Shown one piece after another: positions 17,905-27,578 of a stretch of DNA of 64,000 nucleotides; the stretch's first letter is position 1, and every line of letters begins with the position of its first letter. The DNA is from a virus. Its lineage: Duplodnaviria > Caudoviricetes. The translations under genes and the position numbers were made by a program. The stretch is from positions 1-64,000 of IMG/VR virus record IMGVR_UViG_3300020045_002296; one strand, given 5' to 3'. Under the pieces are notes generated by a model. That model had not been told where the DNA came from. It was given only the letters and a program-made list of their open reading frames with translations, and made no database searches.

Positions 17905-18085
17905 AGTTCTTACAGCCTCTACAGTCAGTTTAACCAACCGAATGCTACATCCGTATTCCCAAGGTTAAACAAACGTTATACAGGCTGTTCTAGTCAGTCC
18001 TAGTACTAGCATATCACTTGTGATTACTTACCTTCGTAATCAAGCCTTAAACAATCAATAATGATAACATAACCAAAGGAGCCTA

Positions 18086-19570
18086 ATGGCAACTAAGAGT
18101 ACTAAAACAGCACAACCACCACTACCATCATACGCTCAACCACAACCATTCTCATTGAGTGAGCAAGGTTACAACGGTATGAATGTATTCGGTGGTATCC
18201 CTCAAGATGAGATCAAGCGTGAGCTTATATTCCCCGCCAGTATTACTACCTTCAAGAAGATGGCAATGCACTCAGCAATTGCAGCACCGCTTACATTGTT
18301 TGATACGCAACTCGGGAAGGTAGACTGGAAGGTTCAACCACCAGATAACCCCACAAAGAAAGAACAGACGCAGACTCAGTTCATCCGTGATTGTATGCAA
18401 GATATGGAGCATTCCTTTAGTGATTTCATCCGTGATGCTGCTAGTGCTAATCAGTTCGGCTTTAGTGTACACGAGAAAGTCTTTCGCTATCGTACTAAAG
18501 ATGAAGGTTCGATGTTCACTGATGGAAAAATTGGTTGGCGTAAACTGCCAATCAGGAACCAAGAGACAATCTACAAGTTCTTATTTAGTGCTGACGGTAA
18601 TGATCTTATCGGAGTAGAGCAATCGTTTCCTAGTACTGATCCCTACGGACGTTACTCTACCAGAGTTGATAACCCTAAGCTATCTCTAGGTGTTGATGGT
18701 AAGGCTATGCTCTTTAGAGTAGGTAAACACCGGGGTGATCCTTGTGGTAAGTCTCCATTAAGAGATGCTTATACTGCTTGGTTGTACTTAACAGCAATTG
18801 AAGAAATCGAAGGTCAAGGCGTCAACCGAGATTTAAAAGGTTTACCTATCCTGAAGATTCCACCTCAGTATATGTCAGCAGATGCTACACCAGATCAGAA
18901 GTCTATTTATTCTGCATATCAAAACGCTCTGAGAAACTTAAGCACTGGTCAGCAGTCAGGTATGATTTTACCAACCGCGTGGGACTCTGAGAGTAAGCAA
19001 GCCCTATTTAGCCTTGAGTTACTTAACTCAGCAGGGGCAAAGTCATTTGATACTACCAAGATTAAAGAGTACTACAAGAACGCTATTTACACAGCTATGT
19101 CCAGTGATATTCTAGTTATGGGTCAGTCAAGTACAGGTTCATTTGCGCTGGGGGCAATAAAGAATTCTCTAGTAGGTGCTTACCTTGAGAACATGGTTAA
19201 GAACCTGTTGGAAGTTATCAACAATGAACTAATCAAGCAGACCTACAGACTAAACGGATGGGATGAAACCCGTATGTGTAAGATGTACGCGGATAACCTA
19301 GAGAATGAAGATACAGAAGCTCTCTCAAAGCTGGTTCAGCGCGTAAGCTCAGTCGGAGCACTAGAAATAGATCGTGCAGTACTTAATAGAGTACGTCGAG
19401 CAATGTCTGTAGATGAGCTTCCAGATGATCTAGAGCCACAGATTGATATTATGCCGGGTTTCACATCTAAATCAGGTGCTGGTATGGCTAATGGTACTGT
19501 AGGCGAAGGTACAGCTACTTCATTAAGCGGTAGTGATACTTCTAGTACAAACGCAGATAATGCTGCTTAG
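18086..19570 (+). CDS. portal protein
   Basis: 494 aa after terL; GFSVHEKV, WRKLPIR, IEEIEGQGVNRDLKGLPILKIPPQY. Confidence 0.85.
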   Translation: MATKSTKTAQPPLPSYAQPQPFSLSEQGYNGMNVFGGIPQDEIKRELIFPASITTFKKMAMHSAIAAPLTLFDTQLGKVDWKVQPPDNPTKKEQTQTQFIRDCMQDMEHSFSDFIRDAASANQFGFSVHEKVFRYRTKDEGSMFTDGKIGWRKLPIRNQETIYKFLFSADGNDLIGVEQSFPSTDPYGRYSTRVDNPKLSLGVDGKAMLFRVGKHRGDPCGKSPLRDAYTAWLYLTAIEEIEGQGVNRDLKGLPILKIPPQYMSADATPDQKSIYSAYQNALRNLSTGQQSGMILPTAWDSESKQALFSLELLNSAGAKSFDTTKIKEYYKNAIYTAMSSDILVMGQSSTGSFALGAIKNSLVGAYLENMVKNLLEVINNELIKQTYRLNGWDETRMCKMYADNLENEDTEALSKLVQRVSSVGALEIDRAVLNRVRRAMSVDELPDDLEPQIDIMPGFTSKSGAGMANGTVGEGTATSLSGSDTSSTNADNAA

Positions 19571-19603
19571 TAATAGAAAATAACTATAGACTTTACTATT
19601 TCA

Positions 19604-19632
19604 TTGACTTAGAGTATAACTGGTGATATAAT
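19604..19632 (+). promoter_or_regulatory. sigma70 promoter
   Basis: TTGACT-17-TATAAT. Confidence 0.75.
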
Positions 19633-19669
19633 CCTACTATCGCTAGTTTACCTAATATAGGAGAAAACT

Positions 19670-20065
19670 ATCACAAACAAATCTAGACTAATCAAGAAAT
19701 CACTAAATGATGAGCTAAGACTAGCAACCTTTATTGTACTTGAGCCTCAAGCAGACGATGGTACTACTACTGATCTTCACGGAGATTGGTACTCCATCGA
19801 AGAAGTACATAAAGCTTCCATGTCCTTCAACCGACATTGCAGAACCGCAAATCTATTACATTTAGTCGAAACAACAGGGTTCTCTTTTGATGAATCATAC
19901 GTCACTCTAGCTGACATGGTTATTGAAGGTGAAACAATCCTAAAGGGAACTTGGGTAGCAACTGTGTACTGTCCTGACGATGATATTTGGGAAGCAGTCA
20001 AGGATGGCTCCTTGAATGGACTAAGTATCCAAGCTCTCGCATCAGTACACACAATTACAGAATAG
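19670..20065 (+). CDS. XkdF-like prohead protease, probable ATC start
   Basis: DELRLATFIVLEP...DLHGDWYS.EEVHKA...GTWV...WEAVKDGSLNGLSI; GGAG 6 nt before ATC; in-frame TAG at 19658. Confidence 0.75.
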   Translation: MTNKSRLIKKSLNDELRLATFIVLEPQADDGTTTDLHGDWYSIEEVHKASMSFNRHCRTANLLHLVETTGFSFDESYVTLADMVIEGETILKGTWVATVYCPDDDIWEAVKDGSLNGLSIQALASVHTITE

Positions 20066-20070
20066 GAATT

Positions 20071-20994
20071 ATGACAGATAAACAACCAGCTAAAGTAAAA
20101 GCTACTAAAAAATTAACTGAAATCTCCTTCGAGCACGAAGGGGCTGCAATTGCTCTTGTAAGTGCTTCTCAAGGTGGGCCGGCGAACGGCAAGAGTAAGA
20201 CTCTACAGCTTAAAGCTACCAGCGGTTTCTCAAAGGAAACTATCCAGAAAGCACAGCAGATTCAAGTAACGTTAGATATTCCAGAGTTCCTCCAGAAGTT
20301 CTTTGGATTGTACTACACGGATTCACAAGTACTAGCTCAACTGATGGGTTATGTACCCCCAGTTGACACTGTAGACCCTTGGGATAACACCAGCTACATC
20401 GACGAACAAGTAGCTTCATTTACTATTTTAAAGAGTATGCAAAAAGGTAATCATGTTACTCAACTAGCTTCTCTAAGTGAAACTGATTATTTGCAGTTTC
20501 TAGAAGATCAGGCAATGCTTGAAGGGGTAATGAAGCAAGTAGATGCTATTAAGGCTCCTACAAAGCAAGTTGCTAAGAAATCTAAATCTAAAGGAGAACC
20601 AATGACTCAAGAAGTCGAAGATAACAAAAGTGAACTCGTTCAAGTGCAGAAAGCTCTAGACGCACAAAAGGTTGAACTGCAGAAGGCTCTTGATCTTATC
20701 ACTAAGTTCAAAGAAGCTGAAGTACAAGCTGTAGTTAAGGCTAAGACTGACAAGGTACAAGCTGTAGTTAAGAACAAAGAACATCAAGAGATTATAGCTA
20801 AGGCTTGTCTTGAATTGAAGTCAGAGGATGATTTTGATGCTTTCCTATCGGCTATTCAAACGATGCAAGCTGGAGTAACTTCTAGCGAGATGTTCGTTGA
20901 GAAGGGTTTGCAGAGTTCTGTTGATAAGCCTGCTGCTACACCAGCAGACAAGGTAATGGCGGTAGTTAAAGCACGTATCGCTGCTGGTAAGTAA
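20071..20994 (+). CDS. head scaffold / assembly protein
   Basis: between protease and decoration gene; IALVSASQGGPANG; coiled-coil C-terminal half. Confidence 0.65.
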   Translation: MTDKQPAKVKATKKLTEISFEHEGAAIALVSASQGGPANGKSKTLQLKATSGFSKETIQKAQQIQVTLDIPEFLQKFFGLYYTDSQVLAQLMGYVPPVDTVDPWDNTSYIDEQVASFTILKSMQKGNHVTQLASLSETDYLQFLEDQAMLEGVMKQVDAIKAPTKQVAKKSKSKGEPMTQEVEDNKSELVQVQKALDAQKVELQKALDLITKFKEAEVQAVVKAKTDKVQAVVKNKEHQEIIAKACLELKSEDDFDAFLSAIQTMQAGVTSSEMFVEKGLQSSVDKPAATPADKVMAVVKARIAAGK

Positions 20995-21018
20995 TTCGAT
21001 TTATAAAGGAAATTAAAT

Positions 21019-21432
21019 ATGGCTATCGTAACCTCTGTGACTTACCCTGTGAAATACAGTGATGTAGTTAAATATGAACAAATGCCTGAGTTTGCATGGT
21101 GCCGTGAGCGAGTAGTTGCTCTGGAAGGTTCTGCAATGACTTACGCTATTGGCACAGTTTTAGGTGTCATTACGGCATCCGGTAAATATCGTAAGCAAGA
21201 TGCTGCTAGTACTGATGGTTCTGAAGTTGCTGCTGCTGTAGTTGCTGAAGATAAAGCAATCGCAGCTACTACCGATACCTCTGTTTTAGCTTTTGTACGT
21301 GGTGACATGATCCTTAATAAAGCTCTACTGGTTGTTGGCGCTGGCACTGATACTGCGCCAGAACTTGCTGCTGTTTATGCTTCTCTAGCAGCTAAACGTA
21401 TTCTCGTGAATGATGGTTTGGCTATCGCCTAA
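21019..21432 (+). CDS. head decoration protein
   Basis: GTVLGVITASGKY...DGSEVAAAV; directly before the capsid gene. Confidence 0.8.
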   Translation: MAIVTSVTYPVKYSDVVKYEQMPEFAWCRERVVALEGSAMTYAIGTVLGVITASGKYRKQDAASTDGSEVAAAVVAEDKAIAATTDTSVLAFVRGDMILNKALLVVGAGTDTAPELAAVYASLAAKRILVNDGLAIA

Positions 21433-21508
21433 TCTAGTTACAAACAATAAACAACAGAGAGATTAAGTTCTCTCTCTCTAATTAATAAGTAATATTTAAA
21501 GGACAAAC

Positions 21509-22525
21509 ATGACCATTACACGTGATTTTACCGACCCAAATAAAGTAGTTGAATTTACAACCGCAGTAAATTTAATTCCGAACACCTACGGTTTGCTTAA
21601 CGAAAAAGGACTATTCTCTAACGAGTACATCTCTCAAAATACACTACAGTTTGAATCCATTGGTGCAGCTATCAGTGTTATCCCTGATAAGTTCCGTGGC
21701 ACCCGTCATAATGTTAACAAACAACCCGGTGGCAAGATGCTGACGTATTCTAGCACATTCCACCCATTAGATGATGCCCTGTTTGCTTCTGAGCTTCAAG
21801 GTGTTCGCCGATTTGGTACAGCGGATCAACCTGATGTTGAGTCTGAGCGTATCGCTAAGAAACTTGAAAGCATTCGTCGTTCGCATTCAGCTACTCTAGA
21901 AACTGCTCGTTGGTATACCCTTACCACAGGTGCCCAGTATGCACCTAATGCTACCCAAGCTGCTAATTTCTACACTGACTTTGGACTGAGTCGAGTTGAA
22001 AAGGATTTGGTTCTTGGTACTTCTACCACCGAAGTAAACCAAATTGTACAAGAAGCATGCGCTTCAATTCAAGATACAATGCTCACTGGTGAAGTTATCA
22101 ACGGCTTTACCGTGTACTGTTCTCCAGCTTTCTTCGCCAAGTTGACTAAACATGCTAAGGTTGTAAGTGCATTTACTTACTACTCCAGTACACAAGAGCC
22201 TCTTCGCCAAGGTTTCCGTTCAGGTAAGTACCAGCGTTTTGAATACGGCGGTGTAACTTACATTGAAGTACGTGGTGGTTACAACGGTCAGCTATTCATT
22301 CCATCTGGGGATGCATACATGGTTGCAGAAGGCACTACTGACGTGTTCAAGACTTACTTCACACCGGCAGCTCGCTTCGATACAATTAATACTGTAGCAG
22401 AAGAAGTTTACGTTTGGATGTTCAAGAACCAGAGTAACACCGAGATCACTGTTCAATCTGAATCTTCATTCGTTAACGTAATGACCCGCCCACAGGCTGT
22501 TGTACGTTTATTCTCCAGCAACTAA
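21509..22525 (+). CDS. major capsid protein (gpE-like family)
   Basis: 338 aa; TTAVNLIPNTYG...QSESSFVNVMTRPQAVV. Confidence 0.88.
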   Translation: MTITRDFTDPNKVVEFTTAVNLIPNTYGLLNEKGLFSNEYISQNTLQFESIGAAISVIPDKFRGTRHNVNKQPGGKMLTYSSTFHPLDDALFASELQGVRRFGTADQPDVESERIAKKLESIRRSHSATLETARWYTLTTGAQYAPNATQAANFYTDFGLSRVEKDLVLGTSTTEVNQIVQEACASIQDTMLTGEVINGFTVYCSPAFFAKLTKHAKVVSAFTYYSSTQEPLRQGFRSGKYQRFEYGGVTYIEVRGGYNGQLFIPSGDAYMVAEGTTDVFKTYFTPAARFDTINTVAEEVYVWMFKNQSNTEITVQSESSFVNVMTRPQAVVRLFSSN

Positions 22526-22531
22526 TGTAAA

Positions 22532-22547
22532 CGGACTCTACTGAGTC
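22532..22547 (+). terminator. hairpin after capsid gene
   Basis: ggactc-tact-gagtcc then T-rich. Confidence 0.45.
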
Positions 22548-22672
22548 CTTATATTGTATAGCATTCTCACAAGGAGTGCTATATGCTATAATACAGATTA
22601 AGCTAGGGGGCACCCGAAAAGATGATTATCCACCATCCTGCTTATTTCTTTTAGTGGATGTTTCGGGAGAAT

Positions 22673-23516
22673 ATGGAAAAGAAATACTATGTGTACATTC
22701 ACAGTAGAAAAGATAACCAAGTAGTTGTTTATGTAGGTAGCGGAACTTCAGACAGATATTTGCAAATAAACAATAGAAGTAATAAATGGAAAGAGTTCAA
22801 TAAAAGTATAGAACTCGATAAGACTATTTACAAAAACTCTTTAACGAAAGAAGAAGCTCTTGTACTTGAACAGGAACTGATATTAAAGTTAAATCCTGAA
22901 TTAAATATTATCAAGAACATTGCTGTGACTATTAAGCTATCTGAATTATGTCTAGATGAATATCTAGCTTATGATGAAACAAGTCCTAGTTGCCTACGTT
23001 GGATAAAAACTATTTACTCTGGTTCTAATAAAGCATCACCAAAAACTAAAGCAGGAGATTGTGCTGGATTTTAAACTGTAAGAAAACTTGGAGAGTTGGA
23101 TTTAAAAGTAAAGTATACTGCGCGCATAGAATTGTTCTATTACTTAACGGTGAAAATGTTGATGAGTTTGAATGCGTAGATCATATTAATGGCGATCCTT
23201 CTGATAATAGACTTGTAAATCTTCGTAATGTAAGTCTAAGTTTAAACTCAAGAAATAGAAAGAACCCTCCAAGTAATACAGGGTATGCAGGTGTAATTAA
23301 AACTCGTATAGGCTATGGGAGAGGTTCTGAAAAATATAACGAATATTTCCTAGTAAGGTGGACTGACATTTCTCGTAAGAACGCACAAAGAAGTTTAATA
23401 TAAAGCATTTTGATACGGAAGATTTGGCGCTTCAAACAGCCTGTGAATACAGAGCAAAGATGATCACAGAACTAAACCTCCAAGGCGCAGGTTATACCGA
23501 ACGCCACGGAACCTAA
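22673..23516 (+). pseudogene. GIY-YIG + HNH chimeric endonuclease, two apparent frameshifts
   Basis: YYVYIH...VYVGSG; AHRIVLL..VDHINGDPSDN; ends GAGYTERHGT; breaks near 23070 and 23377. Confidence 0.8.
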
Positions 23517-23586
23517 GCAGTACTTAAGCTAATTCTACAAGGTATTCCAAGAGTGCCTTGTGTAATGAGACTTAACAGGAGCTACA

Positions 23587-24444
23587 TTGACAGAAGAACT
23601 GATTGACCTACCTAACGGTAGATACACCGATACAGAAATCACTATTGATACCCTAGGCCATGAAGTTATCCACGGCCAAACCCCTGAGTTTGAGATTGCT
23701 AGAACTGGCTACTACAGAGGTAAAAGAGCTAACCTAGGCTACTCTCTTGCTCGTAGGTCCGGGTGGTTAGATACCAGCAGTATCTGCGATGTTAGTAATT
23801 ACCTAGATAATTCTCAAAGTTCAAACAATAAAGTCCTTGTAGGTACTACGTATTACATCAGAAGCTCTAGCTCACAAGATGGTAATGGTGGTACTGGCAT
23901 CAGAAGTATGAGGATTAACTCTCTAGATGCTCTAGGTAACAGAACAATCTCTACAGTAAGCCTAACAGGAACTACAGCAGTATCCCTTGGGAATAACTTC
24001 AGTTTTATCCAGTACATGGAAAGTGAAACAGTAGGTTCATCAGATGGTGCAGTCGGTGATATTACTATCAGTACTGTAACAGGAGCTCCCACTGTAGCTC
24101 AAACTGTAGAGAAGATTACTGTAGGTGATTCCAGAAGTATGTCTGGTAGAGTTAAAGTTCCAACAGGCTTCAGCATGTACTTACGTGGGTTCTACGCTAG
24201 TGCGTTCTCAGCAGCAATGGATGTTCGTATTCGTGGACAAGCTTTCACAGATGATCGTTCATTGTCTCAAGGATTTCACTTCCAACAGAGTGCTTACTTA
24301 GCCAATGGGGCTAACTCTGACTTTGATTTTGAGTACTTGAAGTTTCCTTCTGGTGCTGAAATAAAGATCAGTGCTATTAGCTCACAAGCTGGAGCTGGTA
24401 ACAGATGTGATGCTAACTTTCATTTTATTCTTCTTGAGAACTAA
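23587..24444 (+). CDS. beta-rich hypothetical protein, possibly virion-associated
   Basis: 285 aa, TTG start after GGAG; Thr/Ser/Gly rich. Confidence 0.6.
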   Translation: MTEELIDLPNGRYTDTEITIDTLGHEVIHGQTPEFEIARTGYYRGKRANLGYSLARRSGWLDTSSICDVSNYLDNSQSSNNKVLVGTTYYIRSSSSQDGNGGTGIRSMRINSLDALGNRTISTVSLTGTTAVSLGNNFSFIQYMESETVGSSDGAVGDITISTVTGAPTVAQTVEKITVGDSRSMSGRVKVPTGFSMYLRGFYASAFSAAMDVRIRGQAFTDDRSLSQGFHFQQSAYLANGANSDFDFEYLKFPSGAEIKISAISSQAGAGNRCDANFHFILLEN

Positions 24445-24551
24445 CCTGCTAAACAACAAATATAAACCACAAGTTAACCTAGGACGTAAACCTCAAGGTG
24501 TACTCCTAGATTGGATTGGTGGATTAAAACAAGAACAACTAAAGGAACTTA

Positions 24552-24959
24552 ATGGCTATAACACCGATTCAAGAAATCAGATTAGCAGTCGGTGATACAG
24601 ACCCTGCACTTCCATTGTTAACCGATGAAGTATACACCTTTTATCTCACGAAGAACTCTAACAGTGTAGCTAGAGCTTCAATAGATGCTGCTAGAGCTAT
24701 CTTGATGGTTCTAGCTCAGAGAACAGACGAGTCCGTTGATATCTTTAGCTTCAAAGGATCACGCGCTGCTGCATCTTACATGGAAGCACTGAAGCTGTTT
24801 TTACGAGACCCTAGTTTGAATCCTTTGTACAACAACTGTGGTATGTACGCGAGTGGTATCTCTATAAGTGATATCACTGCTAACAATGCTAATAGCGATA
24901 ACGTAAGTTCAACTAATGTATTCAACAGTATGTACAGCAGTAACTTGGGAGCGTACTAA
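24552..24959 (+). CDS. head-tail adaptor
   Basis: IRLAVGDTD...LLTDE...; position. Confidence 0.7.
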   Translation: MAITPIQEIRLAVGDTDPALPLLTDEVYTFYLTKNSNSVARASIDAARAILMVLAQRTDESVDIFSFKGSRAAASYMEALKLFLRDPSLNPLYNNCGMYASGISISDITANNANSDNVSSTNVFNSMYSSNLGAY

Positions 24960-25315
24960 TGTCTCCTGCTGATATTGCTACAGCTAGAGCTTTAGGTAAG
25001 CACGGACAAGACTGCACTTATACTTCCGTAACTCAGGGTACTTACGATATTGAAACTGGTGGTATCACAAATACAACCACTGATTACACAGTAAGAACAT
25101 ACAAGAACCATATCAGAGCTACCCAGTATCACTACCCTAGTTTAATCGGTAAGGACTCAGCTTTGTTCTTGTTCGCTGGATTAGGTTTAGCTTTTACTCC
25201 GAAGGTAGAAGATTTGATTGCCTTAGCTGGTAAAACTTATAAAGTTAACTCAATCGAAGAACACGCAGCTTTCGGTACTTTAGCTCTGTATAAGATCGTA
25301 GGAGTAAATGGTTAA
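24959..25315 (+). CDS. head closure / head-tail joining protein
   Basis: GTYDIETG...TYKVNSI; position. Confidence 0.6.
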   Translation: MSPADIATARALGKHGQDCTYTSVTQGTYDIETGGITNTTTDYTVRTYKNHIRATQYHYPSLIGKDSALFLFAGLGLAFTPKVEDLIALAGKTYKVNSIEEHAAFGTLALYKIVGVNG

Positions 25316-25803
25316 TGCTTCAAGCTGATACAAAGAACCTAGAAGCATCTCTGCAAGAATACAAGGAGTTACTTGAACAGAAGCTAAAGGACGTAGCTAG
25401 TGCATTTGCCTACAGAGTAGCTTCAGAAGCCATTGAAGCTACACCCTATGGAGATACAGCTAGATATGCTGATTGGTATGAAAGACGTAACAAAGAAAAA
25501 GGCTACAGCATTCTCCCCGGTCTAGCTAAGGGTTCTTGGGTTCTTTCATTGAATAATCAAAGCACTAAAGGAGCTGTTTACTATGATACTCCAGAAGGTT
25601 CTGATGCTAAGAAAGCAGCTATGATAGGCACTCGTAATCTTAAGCTAGGTGATAGTATTATTATCAATAACTCCTTAGACTATATTGATAACTTAGATGC
25701 TGGTCAATCTTACCAAGCACCTCGAGGTATTCGTAAGCCAGCTCTTGAGCAAATCAAATCAGTTTACAAGATTGATATTCAAAGAGTACTCCGAGAGACA
25801 TAA
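25315..25803 (+). CDS. neck / tail completion protein (HK97 gp10-like)
   Basis: GLAKGSW...IIINNSLDYI..L..GQSYQAPRG. Confidence 0.65.
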   Translation: MLQADTKNLEASLQEYKELLEQKLKDVASAFAYRVASEAIEATPYGDTARYADWYERRNKEKGYSILPGLAKGSWVLSLNNQSTKGAVYYDTPEGSDAKKAAMIGTRNLKLGDSIIINNSLDYIDNLDAGQSYQAPRGIRKPALEQIKSVYKIDIQRVLRET

Positions 25804-25820
25804 ACAATAAAGGAGACTGA

Positions 25821-26228
25821 ATGGCTTTAACAAAGATCAAGATTGCTCTTGAGAAACACCTAGCAGCTTTAACACCAGTACTTGCTACAGCAGTAGAGAA
25901 CATTAAGTTCACACCTACTCAAGGGGTACCTTACCAAGACGTTCAGATCGTCCCTAGAGCCCCTGATAATCAAACGCTAGGGGATAGGTACTACCGAGAG
26001 AATGGAGAGCTTCAAATCTTCTTGAGCTACCCTACAAACCAAGGTAGTTCACCAGCTCAAACAAGAGCAATCTTAACAAGAGATCACTTCAAGCGAGGTA
26101 CTACTTTAACACAAGGGGGTGTTGATGTAGTTGTAATGGAAACTCCAAGCATTACATCTGGAAGTATCTTCAACGATAGATACATCATTGGTGTATTCAT
26201 TAAGTACTCTTGCGGTGTACTGAAGTAA
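25821..26228 (+). CDS. tail terminator-like protein
   Basis: ENGELQIFLSYPTNQG...DHFKRGTTL. Confidence 0.65.
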   Translation: MALTKIKIALEKHLAALTPVLATAVENIKFTPTQGVPYQDVQIVPRAPDNQTLGDRYYRENGELQIFLSYPTNQGSSPAQTRAILTRDHFKRGTTLTQGGVDVVVMETPSITSGSIFNDRYIIGVFIKYSCGVLK

Positions 26229-26301
26229 GAACACGTTAGTGTGTACTGGTGTTACTGTGGGTTGATACACGTAATATAAATTTAAAATAAAGGAAATACA
26301 A

Positions 26302-27516
26302 ATGACGATTGCTCAAGGTCTTAATAAAAAGATTATTATTAAAGAAGAAACTACTTGGGGTACACCAAGTGGCCCTTCTGGTGGTGAAGTACTTAGACGC
26401 GTAACTTCGACGGTAAATTTAACCAAAGAGGCGTATACCAGTTCTGAGATTCGTACAGATTACCAAACAGCAGATAGTCGTCACGGTGTACGTGGTGTTA
26501 CAGCATCACTGAATGGTGAACTGTCACCGGGCTCTTATTCTAAGCTATTTGCTGCTATGTACTGTAAAGACTTTGTTAGTGGTGTAACTTCAGCCACTGC
26601 TTCTTTGACTATTGCAACTAGTGGTTTGCAATGGACTGTAACCCGAGCCGCAAATAGTTACTTGACAGACGGTTTCAAGATTGGTGATGTTGTTCGTTTG
26701 ACAACCGGGACACTCAATGCTGCTAACTTGAATAAGAACTTGGTTGTTACAGCCGTATCTGCTTTGGTTATCTCTGTTGTTCCGTTGAATGGCGTAGCAC
26801 TTGTTGCAGAAGGGCCTATTACAGGTTGTTTGGTTGTAGCTCAAGGTAAAAAGACCATGATTCCACAAACCGGACACTCCTCGAAGTCTTTTACGATTGA
26901 AGAATTCTACGGGGATATTTCTCAATCTCAAGTGTTTACAGGAAATAAGATTGGTAGTGCAAACGTACAATTACCCGCAACGGGCCTTGTTACAGTCGAT
27001 TTCGGAGCGACCGGACGTGACCTAGCACTTACAGGCACAACGCAATACTTTACATCACCTACAGCACAAGGAACTTCTGGTGTGTTTGCTAGTGTGTCAG
27101 GTGTGATGCTTGTAGACGGAGTGCCTGTGGCAGTTGTAACGTCAATGAATGTAAATATGACCCGTACACTAACTGCAGCTACCGTTGTGGGATCGAACTT
27201 GAACGCTGACGTATTTGCAGGGCGTATTGAAACATCAGGTAGTGCTACTGTGTACTTCCAAGATGCTGTATTCCGTAACTTGTTCGATAAAGAAAGTGAA
27301 TTTAGTCTTGTAGTATCCCTTGCAACTTCTGGTAGCGCTGCTGCAGACTTTATTAGTATCACCATTCCACGCACGAAGAGCAACAGTTTTAGTTTGACAG
27401 ATGGCAACGAAGGTTTAAGTGCTACTATGGATTGGGTAGGTTTGCTTAACTCAACAGGTGGTACTGGAACATCGAGTGACCTCACGACTATCTCCATGAT
27501 TGACTCACTCGCTTAA
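26302..27516 (+). CDS. major tail (tube) protein with inserted beta domain
   Basis: 404 aa; EETTWGTP, SSEIRTDYQ, SFTIEEFYGDI, GRIETSGSATVYF. Confidence 0.78.
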   Translation: MTIAQGLNKKIIIKEETTWGTPSGPSGGEVLRRVTSTVNLTKEAYTSSEIRTDYQTADSRHGVRGVTASLNGELSPGSYSKLFAAMYCKDFVSGVTSATASLTIATSGLQWTVTRAANSYLTDGFKIGDVVRLTTGTLNAANLNKNLVVTAVSALVISVVPLNGVALVAEGPITGCLVVAQGKKTMIPQTGHSSKSFTIEEFYGDISQSQVFTGNKIGSANVQLPATGLVTVDFGATGRDLALTGTTQYFTSPTAQGTSGVFASVSGVMLVDGVPVAVVTSMNVNMTRTLTAATVVGSNLNADVFAGRIETSGSATVYFQDAVFRNLFDKESEFSLVVSLATSGSAAADFISITIPRTKSNSFSLTDGNEGLSATMDWVGLLNSTGGTGTSSDLTTISMIDSLA

Positions 27517-27530
27517 GTATAGACGTAAAT

Positions 27531-27577
27531 AAACCCAGTAAGGGCATCGGATTACTCCTTTGTTCCTACTGGGTTTT
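27531..27577. terminator. probable bidirectional terminator
   Basis: aaacccagta...tactgggtttt between convergent genes. Confidence 0.65.
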
Positions 27578-27578
27578 G

